DNA of 64,000 nucleotides from Promethearchaeota archaeon (GTDB lineage Archaea > Asgardarchaeota > Lokiarchaeia > Sigyniarchaeales > SOKP01). The translations under genes and the position numbers were made by a program. The notes beneath the pieces were generated by a model. It was not told the DNA's origin. It was given only the letters and a program-made list of their open reading frames with translations, and searched no databases. How positions within the stretch are numbered: position 1 is the stretch's first letter; the number at the start of each line of letters is the position of its first letter. The DNA lies in NCBI GenBank assembly GCA_048940645.1, contig JBHLOI010000003.1, positions 1 through 64,000 on the forward strand. The letters are read 5' to 3'. This document shows, one piece after another, positions 61,193-64,000 of the stretch.

Positions 61193-61659
61193 ATAAATAC
61201 CCCTACCCTAATTATTATTTATAATATTTAAAATAATACTCTAAGAAACTAGTAGGGTCCGACTATAAATATTTTAGTTTTCCAAAAAATGAAATGACAA
61301 AAATATTTAATCATATATTTTTTTAAATTGATATCTTGTAATTGTTTTAGAAAGTTCCCAAATTGACTGAAGATCATTTGAGCTAATCGCATTCGTTAAA
61401 TCTTTATATAATTTTGATAAGTATGATTGATCATATTCAATGATCTCTGTTTTACTAAATATTTTATCCTGTTTACTCATATAGCAAATTCAAATTGAAA
61501 AAGTAAAAAATGGGAATAATATCCCGGTAATATATGTTCGATAAAGACAGGTTTGAAGCTTTTTATTATTCAATTTTATGGTAAATTAATTCAAATGATT
61601 TTTCAACATCAATCTTTTTCAATAACAGAAATACAATAGTACTTTATCACCAGGAAAAT

Positions 61660-62514
61660 TTAAGTAGATAAACTTTGTTCTTTTTTCTTTTTTTCCCAAA
61701 ATCTGCTATAAAAATAAAATGATATAAATCCAATAATTAAAATAGCAACGATAATTAACAAGATAATATTAAAAAGGTTTGCTTGAGCCTGAAACTGAGC
61801 TGGATCAAGTGCATTAAGATCATATGGTGGTCCTGGAATTTCGCCTAAAAAGAAATCTCCAAGCCAAGCATAAAAAAAAGCTCGAGCAATCGACCCTAGA
61901 AAAGTACCTAATGAATATTTTTTTATATCCATATCTACTAATCCAGAAGCGTATGAAACGGGGTCAAAAGGAATAATAGGTATAAAACGAAAAATCAATA
62001 TGGCCCATATTCCATATTTATGAATAAAATCATCCGCCATATTAAGAGCTCTATCACCAACAAATTTTCTGGCCAATGGGCGCCCTCCCTTCCTACTAAG
62101 ATAATAGCATAATAATCCTGCACCTAGTGATCCAATTATTCCCATTATAGCCCCACCGAAAGTTCCATATATTAAACCAGCTGCTATAAGTATAACTTCT
62201 GAAGGAAGAGGTACGATAATTCCTTGTATTGCCATAACTAATATAAATAAAAATATGCCTATAATTTCCAATGAAGCAATGGGATTTACTATCCACTCGA
62301 CAACAAATCTATACAAAATTGTATCGTCTATGAAAATCATGTAAATTAGCAAATAAACAGTTATAGCCATTATTGCTATAAATACAATGATATAAAAGAT
62401 AGTTTTCCGATCAAAATTAGAAAAATCAATGAGATTTTTAAAATATTTTTTTATTTTGGTTGAGAATGTATCTTTTTTATGGTTATTATTATCTTGAATA
62501 TTCATATCTCTCAA
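61660..62514 (-). CDS. TVP38/TMEM64 (DedA/VTT) family membrane protein
   Basis: PLPSEV...AGLIYG, YYLSRKGGR, RFIPIIPFDPVSY.SGL. Confidence 0.9.
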   Translation of the reverse strand: MRDMNIQDNNNHKKDTFSTKIKKYFKNLIDFSNFDRKTIFYIIVFIAIMAITVYLLIYMIFIDDTILYRFVVEWIVNPIASLEIIGIFLFILVMAIQGIIVPLPSEVILIAAGLIYGTFGGAIMGIIGSLGAGLLCYYLSRKGGRPLARKFVGDRALNMADDFIHKYGIWAILIFRFIPIIPFDPVSYASGLVDMDIKKYSLGTFLGSIARAFFYAWLGDFFLGEIPGPPYDLNALDPAQFQAQANLFNIILLIIVAILIIGFISFYFYSRFWEKKKKEQSLST

Positions 62515-62619
62515 AAATGCATGTTAAATCTTGAAGTAATATTAGTAATTTAAATTTCTATAAAAATTATTTTTTTTATTATTTCACATAGAAATAGAAT
62601 TAATTCTTGGAAAGATCAT

Positions 62620-62661
62620 TTTAAAGAATGAATTTATTTATTTAAAGAATGAATTTATTTA
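62620..62661. repeat. Perfect 21-nt tandem duplication in a divergent intergenic region
   Basis: TTTAAAGAATGAATTTATTTA x2. Confidence 0.85.
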
Positions 62662-62722
62662 TAACAATTATTAAATAGATTATTGACTAATAACAAATAA
62701 AAATAAAAATCAATGACTTTAG

Positions 62723-63517
62723 ATGGAATTATCAAAATCTATTAAATTATTAATTATCGTTTTACTTATCTGGATAGTCCTTGCTACTTTATTCGGTTTA
62801 TATGATTTGGAAATCTCTATTTCTTTAGTTAATGAACAATCAAATTGGGGTAATTTTGGAGCGGATTATGGAGAAGTTCCGGGCTATGCTTTAATTGCAA
62901 TAGCACTAGCAACATGGTTAGGAAGTTACATTAAAAATGTTAAAAAGCAGAAAACCTTAATTATTTTAGCTGTTATCACTGGTGTAATTTATCTTATACT
63001 TGGAATTTTTGATTATGATAATACAGATATATCTCTTGGAATTAGTTTAATTATACTGCCTTTAATATATTTAATTACTACATGGAATACAGATTGGAGA
63101 AAATATAGAAAAATTGCGTCAATAATATCTATTTTGGCTATAATTAACCCTTTATTACTGGTACAATTGATAAAATTATTTTGGGGGAGAGTACGATTTA
63201 GAGATCTTGCCATAGATTATATAAACTTCACACCGTGGTTTATTCCACGTGGGATAACGGGTAATTTTAGTTTCCCCAGTGGTCATGCAGCAATGGGGTG
63301 GATGTTTTTACCCCTTCTTATAATTGTTAAAAATAAAGAAATCAAATTTCCATTAAAATTAATATTACTTTTAGGAATAATAGGTTGGGGGATGTTTGTT
63401 GCTTTGTCCAGAGTTATTGTAGGGGCACATTATGCCTCTGATGTCCTATTTTCTTCTGCATTTGCTGCTGTTTTAACAAATTTATTATACAGAAAAATCT
63501 ACTTAAGGAAGATCTAA
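62723..63517 (+). CDS. PAP2 family membrane phosphatase
   Basis: K..WGRVRF, SFPSGH, SRVIVGAHYASDV. Confidence 0.9.
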   Translation: MELSKSIKLLIIVLLIWIVLATLFGLYDLEISISLVNEQSNWGNFGADYGEVPGYALIAIALATWLGSYIKNVKKQKTLIILAVITGVIYLILGIFDYDNTDISLGISLIILPLIYLITTWNTDWRKYRKIASIISILAIINPLLLVQLIKLFWGRVRFRDLAIDYINFTPWFIPRGITGNFSFPSGHAAMGWMFLPLLIIVKNKEIKFPLKLILLLGIIGWGMFVALSRVIVGAHYASDVLFSSAFAAVLTNLLYRKIYLRKI

Positions 63518-63584
63518 TTGTGATTTTATTTTCTTTTATATTTCTTATTTAAAATGTTATCTAAATCAAAAGTGTTGGAAAAAA

Positions 63585-64000
63585 TTGGAAACCATATTTA
63601 ATAATATATATCATGTTGGCGATTCAGGTTGTTCGGTGTTTATGGTTGATACAAAAAGTGATGATGGTCTTGTATTAATTGACTGCGGAATGAGTTTTCA
63701 AATGATAAAGAGCATTCAAAATTTTAACTTAGACCCAATGGATATAAAACATTGCATTTTAACCCACTTTCATATTGATCATATCGCAGCTTGTTTTGAA
63801 CTCAAAGAGTATAATACTAAAGTGAAATTCTATGCGCATGAATTAGATGCCAACGCAATAGAAGAAAAGGGCCACAATGGAAAAACAGCCGCTTCTTGGT
63901 ATGGAGTCAATTATAAACCAATTCAATTAGAACGGCATTTTCAATCTGACACTGAAATTTTAAGATTTGGGGATATAGAATTCCAATGCATTCATACTCC
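63585..64000 (+). CDS. MBL-fold metallo-hydrolase, partial (runs off the window end; not in ORF track)
   Basis: Hand translation from TTG 63585: METIFNNIYHVGDSGCSVFMV...LIDCG...ILTHFHIDH...IHT. Confidence 0.85.
   Translation, partial: METIFNNIYHVGDSGCSVFMVDTKSDDGLVLIDCGMSFQMIKSIQNFNLDPMDIKHCILTHFHIDHIAACFELKEYNTKVKFYAHELDANAIEEKGHNGKTAASWYGVNYKPIQLERHFQSDTEILRFGDIEFQCIHT

Overview
AT-rich, gene-dense chromosomal window from an archaeon, most likely an Asgard archaeon of the Lokiarchaeia type. This is inferred from Cdc6/Orc1, XerA, HdrA-MvhD, HdrBC, the DUF39-CBS/NIL-ferredoxin homocysteine genes, and eukaryotic-signature-like genes (Rab-like and MglA/Arf-like GTPases, a gelsolin-domain protein, a longin/uDENN-like protein). 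No rRNA, tRNA, CRISPR array or transposase was seen. The main observation is in adenylosuccinate synthetase (purA, 14681-16021). A 30-nt insert carrying an in-frame TAA splits the catalytic Asp codon of the WGDEGKGK motif. The insert and its flanks fold into an archaeal bulge-helix-bulge-type motif whose rule-predicted cut sites restore WGDEGKGK exactly, so it is a candidate endonuclease-spliced mRNA intron (14730-14759). Other notable items: three mosaic copies of a secreted M6/M30-like metalloprotease with a conserved structured leader, a tandem pair of vWA plus Zn-finger paralogs resembling the TFIIH p44/p34 architecture, a steroid-5-alpha-reductase-family cluster, a His-less HisKA-receiver protein, and two small Cys-rich ORFs missed by the ORF track.
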